A DNA stretch of 64,000 bases, taken from NCBI GenBank assembly GCA_902492105.1, contig CABUKD010000002.1, positions 9,155-73,154 on the forward strand, read 5' to 3'. Under the pieces are notes generated by a model, which was not told the origin of the DNA, made no database searches, and saw only the letters and a program-made list of their open reading frames with translations. Numbering within the stretch: the first letter of the stretch is position 1; each line of letters begins with the position of its first letter. Made by a program: the position numbers and the translations under genes. Shown here piece by piece: positions 36,719 to 47,909 of the stretch. The stretch is from an uncultured Clostridium sp. GTDB taxonomy: Bacteria > Bacillota > Clostridia > TANB77 > CAG-508.

Positions 36719-39700
36719 TTAGAATCTTCCCTTATTGAGTACCGTTTTCTTAATAACTACAATACTAATTCCTAACATTGCTGCGATTAACACTGCTAAA
36801 CCAATATATAGGTAAGTTGCACCAAATGGTGGTAAAATTACTACTCTTTCTGCCATACTACTGTCTGGTTCTGTTGGTGCATCTTTAGGGTTTTGGTTAC
36901 CTTGTACAGAGTATGCCATTCTTCTACCTACATCATTTGAAATTTTTACAATTTCTCCAATGTTATCATAGGTTAAATCGTCATCCTCATTTTGAGAAGT
37001 AATTAATTGTGTTAAAATTAATTGAACCTCATCTTGTGTTTCTGCACTATCTTTTGTACTTTCTGTTAATGGGATTAATTTTTCATTTAATGCTTCGGTA
37101 GTAATAATTGTGTTATAATCTTTTAATACTCCTTGTACTTCTGTATTTACATAGTTATTATTTTGAATTTCTTGTTCTGTAATAGTACTCCAATCCCATG
37201 CGTCTTGGTTACTTTGTGTTCTAAATTGTAAGTTATTTGCTACATAATCCATTACAACATCTGCTGAAGTTCTTACAATAGTTTCTGGATTATTTACTTT
37301 ACCAATGTAATAGAATTGTGTTTCGTTATAGTCTACTTCACCCATGTTAGTTACTGTTACATCATAAGTAATTTGAATAGTTGCACCATGCATTAATTCT
37401 TGGTCCATTGTAGGTTGAATTAATCCTTTTTCTTTTGTTACCAATGTATGAATTCTATCTAGTACTTTATTTCTAAACTCGTTGTAATCTTGTACTCTGT
37501 TTTCTTGATCCTTATTCGTATCTATGTCTTTATATCCTGCATAATCACTGTAAACATTTTGTCCACCATTGCGGTTTCCTTCTTGTTTATCTATATCAGT
37601 ATTAGTTTTCATTTCATTAATGTTATATGGTGTTTTTGGTTGCCATGTTAAGTTATTTACAGTTTGATTTGCATCAAATAATACAGTTTGGTTAGCTAAA
37701 GTAATTCTTACATTGTGAACTTGTTTATTTAATTCTAATCCTGCTTTTGGTCTTTCTTCTAATCCAAAGTCTACGTCTTGTAAGTAGTAATTTTGGTTGG
37801 TATTATCTTTATAGTCAATAACATTTCTATCACCTTCTGGACGGTAACCATCGTTGTTATAAGTATTATTACCAGTTGCAGCTTGTCTGTTATATTCAAA
37901 TTCCATACGGATGGCACCTGTTTCTGCTACCATTTGGGTACTACTATTTGGTGTAGTATTTTGGTTTAATGTATTTGCTTTATCATAGGTTACACCAGAA
38001 TAATTGTTACTACTGTAATTATTTACATTTTCTCTGTTTTGAGAAATTTGTTCACTACTGTAAATATCTTTTGCATCTGATACATTTATTTTGTTTCCTT
38101 TTTCATCTACAAATTCATCTGATTTAAAGATATTATATCCAAAGGTTGCTGTATCATTTTGTTTTTCATAATCTGTATAGCCGTTGTATCCAAAGTGATC
38201 TTTTCCGCTGACATCTGTTCTACCATTTTGGTCAATTGCTGTATTATTTATATGGTTGTATTGATAACTGGTTGATTTATAGTCTTGTCCATTATAGTAA
38301 GCATTACAGTCATAGGTTTGTCCATTATAGGTGTAGCTTTCGTCTCCACCATAGATAAATCTTACTACATAATCTCCTGGAATATATCCTTCAAAGTAAT
38401 AATATCCTTTTTCGTCTGTTACTGTTGCTGCATCTATCCAAGTATTAGTGTCTTTATTCCATACTTTTGCAATATTTTCTTGTGTTACACCATCTATTAC
38501 TTCATGTAATTCTACTCGAACACCGGAGATGGTTACTTCATTATCTTCTCTTACACCGTTGCCCACTAAGGCATCTGTAGTACTATTTCCGTTCATGGTA
38601 GGCGCTTGATAGTTTCTCTTATCTTCCCATACAGTACCATCTAGTTGTCTTACTAAAGAAGCATCTACATATACATTAATTCCTCTTGCTCTATCTGCAT
38701 CATCTTCGAAGTTTTGCTCGTAACGTGTAGTTCCTGCTGTATTATTTAAAGCATCTCTATCAAAGTTACCTGGGTTAGAGTCTTGGTCAATTAATCCTGC
38801 TACATCATTAGAATTTTTTCTAATGCCGTTTGGTAATTCAGTGCCATCTGCATAGTATGTCATATAACCATTAATTTCTGCTATGTTTTGTTTTCCTGGT
38901 CCGGTATTATCGTTTTCTATTACTAAATTTGAACCAACACCATTAATTTTGAAAGTTAAGTATAAGTATGCTGTTTCTCCAGTTTCTAGTTTATGGTCAC
39001 TTAAACCATTTACATATAAAGTTTTATACTCACTGCCTAAACTAAATTGTGTATTTTCTGCATACATACCTGTTGTAGTATTATATCGATTACCAAGTGT
39101 TACATCTCTATACTTTTCTTGTCCTGTTGTATCTTTGCTACCTTCATGCATAATATCGTAATATTCTTGATCTGTTACTTGTACATCTCTATTACTTACA
39201 TGATCTCCTCTGTACATTGCCCAAGATAAGTTTGGTTCAAAGGTGTAATCTGAGTCATAGTAATCTACTACTTCCTGAATTTGAGCTAAAATACTTTGAG
39301 ATTGGTTTCTAATGGTAATTTTATAGGTTATATAAGCTTCTAATTGGTTTGTTCCTGTATAATTTCTTTCTGATGGATAAATTTCTCTTGAATAGGTTTC
39401 TCCATAATAGCTTGCATAGTTTGGTCCTATAATTCTTGCTTGAATATCCCAGAATTTGTTTTCTAATTCTAATTGATAATTCAAGTATTCTACACTATCT
39501 CTACCATATTCTTTTTCTAGTCTTTTTAATTCTGCTCTTTCTTCATCTGTAATAATTTCTCTTTCGTTATATTCATAAATTTCGGTTTTGCCATTGATTT
39601 TTAAGGTTGCTTTAAATACATCTTTCTTTAGAGATACATCATATTCTTGTCTTCTCCATAGCCCTTGATTAATCATTAATTGTCCAGCATAAACATTTTT

Positions 39701-42193
39701 ATATACGACATTAATGTCACTTTGCATATAGTTATGGTAAATATAATGTGGATTTCCAATAACATTATGCCAAATTCTGTATTGTAACATGTTTCTGTTA
39801 CCAGTTGCTTTCATTACAGTGTCTGCATAAGTACTTGCTTTATCATTATAAGTTCCGCGTTCATAGCTATTATTTGGATATAAATTTCCACTTGCTACAA
39901 ATGTTGTAAATTGATTATACACAGGATATAAATCATATTCTTTTTCGCGGTCTGCATCTTGATTTTTGGTATAAGATTGTATTTTACAATCTTCTATAAA
40001 TTGTAGTTTTTTCCAAGTTTCATCATTATTTCTTGCAATATCTTCATAAATTTGTGTTTTTAAATTAGTTGGATATTTTCTATTTCTTTTAATATAATCT
40101 CTAATTTTTTCACTAATAATTCCTTCTGTTAATTCTGGATGGTTAGTTTCTGCAGTATTAATTACATATCCATTTTCTACTTTGTAGTAACTGTCTATTA
40201 ATTGTTCTCTAGGATTATATTCATATTCACCTTGTGGATTTAAGCTAATTCCTGATAAAGTATAAATAGAAAATGTTTCGTTATAATAGTCTCCGTCTAC
40301 TCTTTCTAAAGCTCCTGATCTTAAAGAATTATCGGAAATATAGTTATTTGGTGATGAACCAATTTCTGCAAAAGACTCATCATAAGCGTCTCTTTCATCT
40401 GTAAGTTCGGTACCTTTTGATGTTTCTTGCCAATCTCTATTTCTGGTAGCTCCATCATAATCTCCTTTGTCTACCATTTCTTTGACATCATCTGCTTTAG
40501 TATCGCTTAAGTATTCTGTTGCTGTATAGGTTTGACCATTATAGGTAAATTGTACATAATATTTTTTCTCTCTACTTACTCCTCTAAATTCGTAATATCC
40601 ATTTTCATCTGTTAAAGTAGGGTTAATTCTTCTACCATAATCATCTAAGTCATTAATTTCTCCACTACTTGCATTTGGGTTTTCTTCTTGTAAAGTAGTT
40701 AAATGTGCAAGTTTTCCTGTTTCTGCATCATATAAAGCAACTTCGATATTTTTTAAGTTAATATCATTTTCATCTTTTCTACCATTTGCAATATCTTCTT
40801 TGGTTTGTGGAATGTCTTCAAAAACAAATCCACCAACTTTCATTCTTGCAGACATATATGGGTTTCCGAAAATTTCAATTTCAAGGCTTTCTTGAATTAG
40901 TCTTCTGTCTGCTCTTACAATATATACACCATTTTGCATGTGGTCAATTACTACTTTTGAAGTTCTTCTACAGTCAGTACATGGTACTGGGAATCCCATT
41001 ACTGTCTTCATATGAGTTGTATGTGTATGTGAATATTCACTTACTCTTTTACTTTTACCTTCACGAATACAAATTTCTGTTGTACATTCTAAATATTGGA
41101 AGTCAACATGTAATTTTAGAGAACCAACATCTTCTCCTAAGTAATCTATTTCTACATAGAATTCTTCTCCTGGGTTTGGATAATATTTTGTCCAATCCCA
41201 ATAATCTACACAGTTAGGGTTGTAAATTTGGTAACCTTCATCATAATTGCTAAAGAATCTTGGACTACTTAAATCATAATTAACTGGATAATTTTGATTA
41301 GTTGTTTGTGGTTGTCTGTTTGGCATTACAAAGTTGACAATATCAATTCTATTTCCGTTATTATCTATTAAGTACATATCGGAAATTCCACCAAATGCTT
41401 TTCCTTGAGAATATTTTCCATTCACATAATTTAATTTAAAAGGTCCTATTGTATGAAGCTGAGTTTCTTGGTTGGTATTCCATTTTACTTCATTAGAATT
41501 TGTCAAGTTTTGAGGCTTCATTCCCTTTTCACCTTCCATGATTTTTTCATAGAAGTCTTGATATTCTAAAGATTGATTTCTTAGATTTTCTCCTTCTGCT
41601 CTTGCAGAACCTCTACCTGGATCACCTTTTTGAGATAATGGTGACATCCAAATAGCTTGTTGTTTAGAATCTGCCCAAGTTTCGTAACTTTCTGAACCAG
41701 ATATTGAGTCTTGACCTGGTTGTGGATAGAAAGAAGTTATATAAGCTACATCATATAGGTTATCTACCCTTTTTCCGTAAAGACGAGTACTACTTTCTGT
41801 ATAATGTTCATTTTGGCATTCATAATAGGTAGTACTATATAATCCATATCCTGGAGGTGATCCCGCACAAGCAGGGCAAGATTTACCTGTTCTTCTTCCT
41901 TCATATTGTTGAATGTCTTCTGGAGTATATTCACTAATTCTTACTGGAGAACCTGGCTCCACACAATAAATATCATCATGTCCACTAGTAGATATTGGCC
42001 TCCATAAATCTGATCCTACTTTTCTTTCTTCTTTAATTAAAATTCTTTGACATCCCGAAAAAGCCAGTGTTGAATTACCATTTTTCTCTAGATTAGCCAT
42101 TGGTAAATTAATGGCGATGGCTGTTGCAATTGCTGCAGTAATACCTGTGGTGCCTATTGTAATTCCTAATACCTTTAGTATTTTCTTTATCAT
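36719..42193 (-). CDS. Giant surface adhesin, module 2 gene B (paralog of 23017..28206) with thioester-domain signature
   Basis: IYCVEPG (Cys77, nt 41963-41965) and SKQQAIW (Gln178, nt 41660-41662) give the thioester signature. SdrD-B-like segments include GGFVFEDIPQ...TDENGYYEFRGV. The C-terminus is VVILPPFG, then a TM helix, then KKTVLNKGRF. Confidence 0.85.
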   Translation of the reverse strand: MIKKILKVLGITIGTTGITAAIATAIAINLPMANLEKNGNSTLAFSGCQRILIKEERKVGSDLWRPISTSGHDDIYCVEPGSPVRISEYTPEDIQQYEGRRTGKSCPACAGSPPGYGLYSTTYYECQNEHYTESSTRLYGKRVDNLYDVAYITSFYPQPGQDSISGSESYETWADSKQQAIWMSPLSQKGDPGRGSARAEGENLRNQSLEYQDFYEKIMEGEKGMKPQNLTNSNEVKWNTNQETQLHTIGPFKLNYVNGKYSQGKAFGGISDMYLIDNNGNRIDIVNFVMPNRQPQTTNQNYPVNYDLSSPRFFSNYDEGYQIYNPNCVDYWDWTKYYPNPGEEFYVEIDYLGEDVGSLKLHVDFQYLECTTEICIREGKSKRVSEYSHTHTTHMKTVMGFPVPCTDCRRTSKVVIDHMQNGVYIVRADRRLIQESLEIEIFGNPYMSARMKVGGFVFEDIPQTKEDIANGRKDENDINLKNIEVALYDAETGKLAHLTTLQEENPNASSGEINDLDDYGRRINPTLTDENGYYEFRGVSREKKYYVQFTYNGQTYTATEYLSDTKADDVKEMVDKGDYDGATRNRDWQETSKGTELTDERDAYDESFAEIGSSPNNYISDNSLRSGALERVDGDYYNETFSIYTLSGISLNPQGEYEYNPREQLIDSYYKVENGYVINTAETNHPELTEGIISEKIRDYIKRNRKYPTNLKTQIYEDIARNNDETWKKLQFIEDCKIQSYTKNQDADREKEYDLYPVYNQFTTFVASGNLYPNNSYERGTYNDKASTYADTVMKATGNRNMLQYRIWHNVIGNPHYIYHNYMQSDINVVYKNVYAGQLMINQGLWRRQEYDVSLKKDVFKATLKINGKTEIYEYNEREIITDEERAELKRLEKEYGRDSVEYLNYQLELENKFWDIQARIIGPNYASYYGETYSREIYPSERNYTGTNQLEAYITYKITIRNQSQSILAQIQEVVDYYDSDYTFEPNLSWAMYRGDHVSNRDVQVTDQEYYDIMHEGSKDTTGQEKYRDVTLGNRYNTTTGMYAENTQFSLGSEYKTLYVNGLSDHKLETGETAYLYLTFKINGVGSNLVIENDNTGPGKQNIAEINGYMTYYADGTELPNGIRKNSNDVAGLIDQDSNPGNFDRDALNNTAGTTRYEQNFEDDADRARGINVYVDASLVRQLDGTVWEDKRNYQAPTMNGNSTTDALVGNGVREDNEVTISGVRVELHEVIDGVTQENIAKVWNKDTNTWIDAATVTDEKGYYYFEGYIPGDYVVRFIYGGDESYTYNGQTYDCNAYYNGQDYKSTSYQYNHINNTAIDQNGRTDVSGKDHFGYNGYTDYEKQNDTATFGYNIFKSDEFVDEKGNKINVSDAKDIYSSEQISQNRENVNNYSSNNYSGVTYDKANTLNQNTTPNSSTQMVAETGAIRMEFEYNRQAATGNNTYNNDGYRPEGDRNVIDYKDNTNQNYYLQDVDFGLEERPKAGLELNKQVHNVRITLANQTVLFDANQTVNNLTWQPKTPYNINEMKTNTDIDKQEGNRNGGQNVYSDYAGYKDIDTNKDQENRVQDYNEFRNKVLDRIHTLVTKEKGLIQPTMDQELMHGATIQITYDVTVTNMGEVDYNETQFYYIGKVNNPETIVRTSADVVMDYVANNLQFRTQSNQDAWDWSTITEQEIQNNNYVNTEVQGVLKDYNTIITTEALNEKLIPLTESTKDSAETQDEVQLILTQLITSQNEDDDLTYDNIGEIVKISNDVGRRMAYSVQGNQNPKDAPTEPDSSMAERVVILPPFGATYLYIGLAVLIAAMLGISIVVIKKTVLNKGRF

Positions 42194-42215
42194 CTGTTAT
42201 TTGCCCTCCTTTCTT

Positions 42216-45200
42216 CTATTGTTTCTTTTTAAAAACTTTTTTCTGGATGAATATAATTCCTGTAATTAGCATTGCTAAAATTACAATTCCTAAAATAGAG
42301 TACATCACAATCTTACCTGTTACAACAGAAAGTACAATATCTGCTTTAGACATATCGTCTTCTTGTTCTGCTTGATTTGCTTCTGTTGAGTCTATATCTG
42401 TTAATCCTTGTTCATTATATGTTTCATAAATTTCAGCATTGTTGTTTACAATATTTCCTATGTTTTCGTCTGTAATAGTTAAGCTTAATACTAATTCTAC
42501 TTCTTTGCTTTCTCCTGGATTAATTTTGGTATTTTCTAGGCTAGTATTAAACACAGTTCTATTATTATCGGAAATATACCAGTCTTGATTAATTTCGGAA
42601 TTAAAACTTGTTCCTTCTGGTAAATAATCAATAATTTTCTTTACATATCCAGGAACTTGTCCTTCGTTAGTAACTACTATTTTATATTTAATAATAATGT
42701 TACTTTTATTAACATTTTGTGCTAAAATTTCTACTCTTTCTAGTTGAGAATCTCTATAAGTATAAGTATGGGTTCCAATAGTTGGAGTTGTTAAAGTAAT
42801 TTCTGTTACATATTTATCTAACCTCATATCAAATTTTTCTGCTGTGTATAATCCAATGTCAATATTTCTTTGATTTTGGTTGGTAACTCTTATGGTGTCT
42901 GTTACACCAGCATTTCTTTGTTCTCCATTTAATATGACTTTCATACTAATAGCATCATTATTAAAATTATCATTTACATCTTGTTTTTGATATTCTGTAA
43001 TCGTGTATTTTCCAGAGTCATATAAAAATACTACTAAATACTCGTCTGAAATTAAATTACTAAATTCATAATAGCCATTTTCATTGGTTGTAGTTGTTTT
43101 ATTTTGTTTTGTGTCTACATCTTGTACAATTTGACTAGTTTGTTTGTCTAATAGCAATACTTCTATTCCAGAAAGTAAAGTTTCATTTTCTTCTCTTTGT
43201 CCGTTTTGATTGCTATCTAGCCATGCAGTACCTGTTATTTTGTAACGATTGTTTCCTGGTGTTTCTGGTTCTTGCTCATCCGAGTCATGTACATCATTAT
43301 TATAATGTAAGTACATAGTAACATCATTTAATTTTACTTGTTCAATGGCATCTGCATACATAATTGCACTATTTACAATTTGCTTTTCTGTTTCTCCACT
43401 TTGAAGTCTTCCTTTTACTTTAAATTTTACGTTAATAGTAGTGTTTGGAGCGATACTTTCCATTTTAAATGTAAGAATATTATCTTTTACTGTAGTAGCT
43501 GAAGCTCCATTATACATTCCTTCTGGTATTTCTACAATTTCTACTGTAGTATCTACATATTGAATTTCTTGTGGTAATGTATCTTCTAATACAAATCCAG
43601 TAACTCTTCCTTCTCCTTTTGTACTAATCGTAAACTGATATTCAAATTCTTCTCCTTCATCAACATCTAATTTACTTGGTTCTATTTGTTTTCCCGAAAT
43701 ACTAGAAGTTGCTACTAAATATACAAATCTTTCATTAGAATAATAGGTTTCATTCTCATTTGCAGTTGCTGTTATTCTAGTAGAAAAACTATCTACTGTT
43801 TTTTCTCCTAATTCAAACTGTACTACTAAAATTTTATCTTCTCCATAAGCCACTATATTTCCCATATGAGCAACTACTTGGTTTTCTTGTGTTTCTATTT
43901 GTGCTTCTATTTTATTATTGTTGATATCCATAACATAAGCTTCCTGTATAGTTGCATTTTTAGGAATTGGTACATTGGCAATAATATTGTTGATATCTGC
44001 ATGCCCCAAATTGCTAAAATAAATTTTATAAGTAATAACATCTCCTTGTGTATAAATTAATTGTTCTACACTAGAAGATCTATTTAGAATAGATAATCCT
44101 CCATTTGCAAGTTGCATATGATATTGATTAGAAGTTACATTGGTATTCAACTTATCTGCAGTTACAGTTACTTGTTGGTCAAAAGAAAGTGTTTCTTCTT
44201 CATTAGCTGATTTAACATACATTTCATAATCAATTGTTTCTGTTTCTCCTGCTTTTACTGTTGGAATAGTAAGTGTTAATTCTTCTCCTTCTACAGGAGT
44301 GTAGTTATTATTGTATTCTTCATATTCTACAAATTGTAGGTTAGAGTATTTTGATACTCCATCTTCTTGTTGAATTTCTTCCATAGGTAATTTTGCAGTT
44401 ACTTTTACATTTTGTGCATCTGCTTTTCCTTTATTTGTAACTTCTACATAATAACGAATATATTGTCCTGGTCTTACTACTGTATTTTCTGGGATACTTG
44501 CGGAAAGTTTTACTTCTAATTCTGGTCCTTCTCCTGTAGTTAAACCAATTACTCCTGCTTTTTTGGTTTCTCCTATTGTTGCCCCTGGTGCCTTATTATC
44601 ATAATAAACTTTGTAGTTGGCATAACTACTTTGATTAAAGCTTAAGTTTGCAGGTAAGCTTACTTTATAAGAGAATGACATTTGTGTATTTGCTGTTACT
44701 TCTCCTGAAATAACAATTAAGTAACTTTTTACTTTGCTTAAATCACTTGGATTTTCTGTCCATCCATTATTACTATCTATTAAGTCTCTAGTAGCTTCGC
44801 CATTTTCACTATAATAAATTTTTATATTACCACTATCAATTCCGCTTGTTGTAATTGTACTTGTCATTGGCATATCAAAGGTGCTTCCCAATTCTTCTGT
44901 TTCATCAATTGCTTTATTGCCTGTAAAAGGCACTCTTCCTAATACCATTACATTATCAATGGCATTGGTATAGTTATTTGTCATAATTCCTTCTACAGTA
45001 ACTTCTCTTTGGCTACCATAAGTTTCAACAGTAGCTGTTTGTGTTTCATCTCCTATGTTCATAAGTTCGGAGCCTTTTGCATCATATCCAGTCATACTAT
45101 TTGCTGTTACTACCCCTGTTGGTGCTACTAAGTTAATTGTTGTGCTAGCCATTCCCTTTTTTTGTGTGCTAGCTCTTGCTTTTTGCTGATATGTTTTTTC

Positions 45201-47339
45201 ATAAAGATCTGTGTTCTCATTTGTATAATATAGGTTAATGTTTTCTGTTGTACTTGGCGCTAATTGGTTTAAGGTAAGATCTGTTTTAATAATTAGATTT
45301 GCACCTTTTGTAATAACATTATTTTGTTCATCACTTTGTTCTTGATAATTTGTATACTTTGTTTGTGTTCCTTGTAAAGTAACAATAATTACTTTTTTAC
45401 CATTTCTATTTTCTACTTTTGCTTCTTTTACTTTTAATTCATCTTCTAGTAAAAGGTTGATATCTTTTACTTCTACTTTTTCAATTTGACTTGGTAATTC
45501 TATTTCAAAAGTAGGATTTTTAAATAATGCATTATAAGTACTAGAAGTATCTAATACGATTCTAATATCTACATCCTTGTTTACTATCATAGTAGATAAA
45601 TTTTGTTTATCTTCTTCTATGCTAATTTCTGCTTTGCTTACAGGTTCTTGCATTGCAATTTCTGCTTGAGCTGTTTTAGTTTCATTATTTGTTTTTGCAG
45701 TTACTCCTAGCGTAATTTTTGAAAAAGATTTCATTTTGTCTAAAGAATAGCTTTGTTCCGTTACTAATGCTTTTTCTACTCCAATTTCTAATTTTCCTTC
45801 CATAATTGGAGTAGAAGTTTTAATAACAATTTGATTTACTTTTGCTTCTTCTATGTTTAACACATAATTTCCTTGTGCATCTAGTGTAGTATCTTTAGTA
45901 ATTTCTCCCAATAGAGTTCCCTCTGAAGTTAATACTTGAATTTTACCTTCTTCTCCTAATATTTTTTGGAAAATTGTTTGCGCTATTTTTATTTGTTTGG
46001 TAATTGCATTTTTTCCTATTTCGTACTCATTTTCACCTGCTATATAATTTTGTTTATCTTCTTTAAATTGTATTTCTTTATTAATTCCTGCATCATAAAC
46101 GAAAGTAGCATAATTTAAAGTAAAAGTAGTTTCTTCTTTTTCTGTAGCTGTTTTTTCATAATTTGCATAAAGATATCCTTTACTTATTTTTTCACTTGCT
46201 ACTAAATCTATATCTGTTAAACTTCCTTTGAGATCTTCTATTGTATATGGTAAGCTACCATTAAAAGTAATATTTGTTTCTTCTCCATTATATAGGTTAA
46301 TATTTGCAACTACTTGAATATCCCCAGTAATAGCATTTTCGTTTCTCATTCCTGCTTCTTTTTGCTCTTTCGTTAACATAGTTTGTTTTGCTTTTTCTAA
46401 TTGTGCTACTGTAGAATCATAAGCTTCTTTTCCTACAAATACATAATTAATAAAATATTCATCATTTGCTTTTTCCCAGGCAATTTTTCCTTGCTCATTT
46501 GCTTGGTTTTGCGTTTGAATCGTAACTTTTCCTGTTTCTTTATTGTATTGATAATTTTTAGTTGTAAATGCATTGCCATTATCTACTCCATTGGTTCCTT
46601 TTGTAGAATTTGCAATTACAGTTACTCTTTCTGGATTTGCCCCATTAATTTGTGGTACACTAATTTCTAAATTAGTAGTTTGTATTGGTAAAACATAGTC
46701 TTTTACTCCACTATTAATTTTAGCTTGTACGAAAACACCATATTCTTCTCCTTGATGATAAGGAATATATTTTGTAATTTCTCCTGTTATTTTAGCACTT
46801 GCTTCTTTTTTCCAAGTAATTTGATTACTAATTTCTTTTTTTATTTCTACTTCTTTTCCATTTGCATTTACATAAGTTCCTTTTAATACTGCTTTAGAAA
46901 TTTTACTAAAGTTGTCTTGTGTAATTTGGTTTTGTTCTGTCATACGAATTGGAACTTCTATTGTTATTTCTTGGTTACTATTAATTTGTTTTAGTTGAAG
47001 TTTATTTTCTTCTACTTTTTGAATAGATTCTCCGCTAATTTTATTTGTTTCTACTTGATAATTGGCATCAACAAATTCGACTATTCCATTCTTTAAATAG
47101 CCGTTTTCTTTTACATGTAAATAAAGATATAATTTTGCTTCTTCTTTTTCAGAAAAAGTTTTATTATGTACTTCTCCTTCTAAATAACTATTAAATTCTA
47201 CATTTGCATGATTTGTTTGTTTGTTTTGCTTTTCTAATTCAGGGGCTGCTGCTATTACTTGTGCTCCTAAATTTAGTAAATTAGTGCCAACCAGAATGGT
47301 TGTCATCATAACTGCCATTATCTTTTGTCTTATTTTCAT
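42216..47339 (-). CDS. Giant surface protein, module 2 gene A (paralog of 28288..33288)
   Basis: It has a signal peptide (...LGAQVIAAAP), DUF11-like repeats, and the SdrD-B-like segment TGTAWLDSNQNGQRE...NENGYYEFSNLISDEYLV. The C-terminus is ADIVLSVVTGK, then a TM helix, then QKKVFKKKQ. Confidence 0.85.
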   Translation of the reverse strand: MKIRQKIMAVMMTTILVGTNLLNLGAQVIAAAPELEKQNKQTNHANVEFNSYLEGEVHNKTFSEKEEAKLYLYLHVKENGYLKNGIVEFVDANYQVETNKISGESIQKVEENKLQLKQINSNQEITIEVPIRMTEQNQITQDNFSKISKAVLKGTYVNANGKEVEIKKEISNQITWKKEASAKITGEITKYIPYHQGEEYGVFVQAKINSGVKDYVLPIQTTNLEISVPQINGANPERVTVIANSTKGTNGVDNGNAFTTKNYQYNKETGKVTIQTQNQANEQGKIAWEKANDEYFINYVFVGKEAYDSTVAQLEKAKQTMLTKEQKEAGMRNENAITGDIQVVANINLYNGEETNITFNGSLPYTIEDLKGSLTDIDLVASEKISKGYLYANYEKTATEKEETTFTLNYATFVYDAGINKEIQFKEDKQNYIAGENEYEIGKNAITKQIKIAQTIFQKILGEEGKIQVLTSEGTLLGEITKDTTLDAQGNYVLNIEEAKVNQIVIKTSTPIMEGKLEIGVEKALVTEQSYSLDKMKSFSKITLGVTAKTNNETKTAQAEIAMQEPVSKAEISIEEDKQNLSTMIVNKDVDIRIVLDTSSTYNALFKNPTFEIELPSQIEKVEVKDINLLLEDELKVKEAKVENRNGKKVIIVTLQGTQTKYTNYQEQSDEQNNVITKGANLIIKTDLTLNQLAPSTTENINLYYTNENTDLYEKTYQQKARASTQKKGMASTTINLVAPTGVVTANSMTGYDAKGSELMNIGDETQTATVETYGSQREVTVEGIMTNNYTNAIDNVMVLGRVPFTGNKAIDETEELGSTFDMPMTSTITTSGIDSGNIKIYYSENGEATRDLIDSNNGWTENPSDLSKVKSYLIVISGEVTANTQMSFSYKVSLPANLSFNQSSYANYKVYYDNKAPGATIGETKKAGVIGLTTGEGPELEVKLSASIPENTVVRPGQYIRYYVEVTNKGKADAQNVKVTAKLPMEEIQQEDGVSKYSNLQFVEYEEYNNNYTPVEGEELTLTIPTVKAGETETIDYEMYVKSANEEETLSFDQQVTVTADKLNTNVTSNQYHMQLANGGLSILNRSSSVEQLIYTQGDVITYKIYFSNLGHADINNIIANVPIPKNATIQEAYVMDINNNKIEAQIETQENQVVAHMGNIVAYGEDKILVVQFELGEKTVDSFSTRITATANENETYYSNERFVYLVATSSISGKQIEPSKLDVDEGEEFEYQFTISTKGEGRVTGFVLEDTLPQEIQYVDTTVEIVEIPEGMYNGASATTVKDNILTFKMESIAPNTTINVKFKVKGRLQSGETEKQIVNSAIMYADAIEQVKLNDVTMYLHYNNDVHDSDEQEPETPGNNRYKITGTAWLDSNQNGQREENETLLSGIEVLLLDKQTSQIVQDVDTKQNKTTTTNENGYYEFSNLISDEYLVVFLYDSGKYTITEYQKQDVNDNFNNDAISMKVILNGEQRNAGVTDTIRVTNQNQRNIDIGLYTAEKFDMRLDKYVTEITLTTPTIGTHTYTYRDSQLERVEILAQNVNKSNIIIKYKIVVTNEGQVPGYVKKIIDYLPEGTSFNSEINQDWYISDNNRTVFNTSLENTKINPGESKEVELVLSLTITDENIGNIVNNNAEIYETYNEQGLTDIDSTEANQAEQEDDMSKADIVLSVVTGKIVMYSILGIVILAMLITGIIFIQKKVFKKKQ

Positions 47340-47388
47340 AGTAACCTCCTAAAATTCTTCTTTTAGATACAAGTACTCTATATTATCA

Positions 47389-47416
47389 ATTGTAGCATTT
47401 TTACGAGATTTTTCAA
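47389..47416 (-). promoter_or_regulatory. sigmaA-type promoter of giant module 2
   Basis: On the minus strand it reads TTGAAA (47416-47411), N16, TGcTACAAT (-10 at 47394-47389). The position is homologous to the module 1 promoter. Confidence 0.6.
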
Positions 47417-47640
47417 TGGTAAGTTCTTTCCAAAAATGTCGAAAAATGGAAAATCCGTTACGGAAGTTGTTTTTTTGGGCGAAATATTAAATTTATATTA
47501 CAAAATAGGGCTTTTTTGTCATTTTTCTGTTAGTTTTGTTTTTAGTCTACATAATATTTTTATTTGTAATTATTTTTCATCGAATTTTATAATATTTAGT
47601 TCTTATTTTTCCTTATCTATTTACTTTTTTCTTATTTAAA

Positions 47641-47793
47641 CGGTAGAATACTATATTTTCTTTTTTGCATTGGTTCGTCCCATAGGCTTGTGAATTACGA
47701 CACACTTTCTTTTATATAAAATAGTAAGTTCTAAATGTGTACTGGACAAATGGTCCTCAACAATGCAAAATGCAAAAATATAGTATTCTACCG
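47641..47793 (+). repeat. Family-1 hairpin-bounded element, copy C
   Basis: A 19-bp perfect terminal stem pairs cggtagaatactatatttt (47641-47659) with aaaatatagtattctaccg (47775-47793). The 10-bp inner helix is ttttgcattg / caatgcaaaa. The conserved interior blocks are the same as in copies A and B. TTTTT follows on the plus strand. Confidence 0.75.
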
Positions 47794-47909
47794 TTTTTAG
47801 ATATAATTAATAATTAATATAAAATTTCTTTTCTTGTTTTAGTCACATTTTTTTCAAAAGTAGAATATATATAATTTAGAATTGTATTAAAGTATTGAGG
47901 TGAAAAAAT

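Noticed and set aside
23017-47339. Sortase-assembled pilus operon
   Set aside because: The window has no sortase gene, no recognisable pilin motif or E-box protein of normal pilin size, and no LPxTG. I kept the more cautious reading of two-gene adhesin modules with unusual C-terminal signals.
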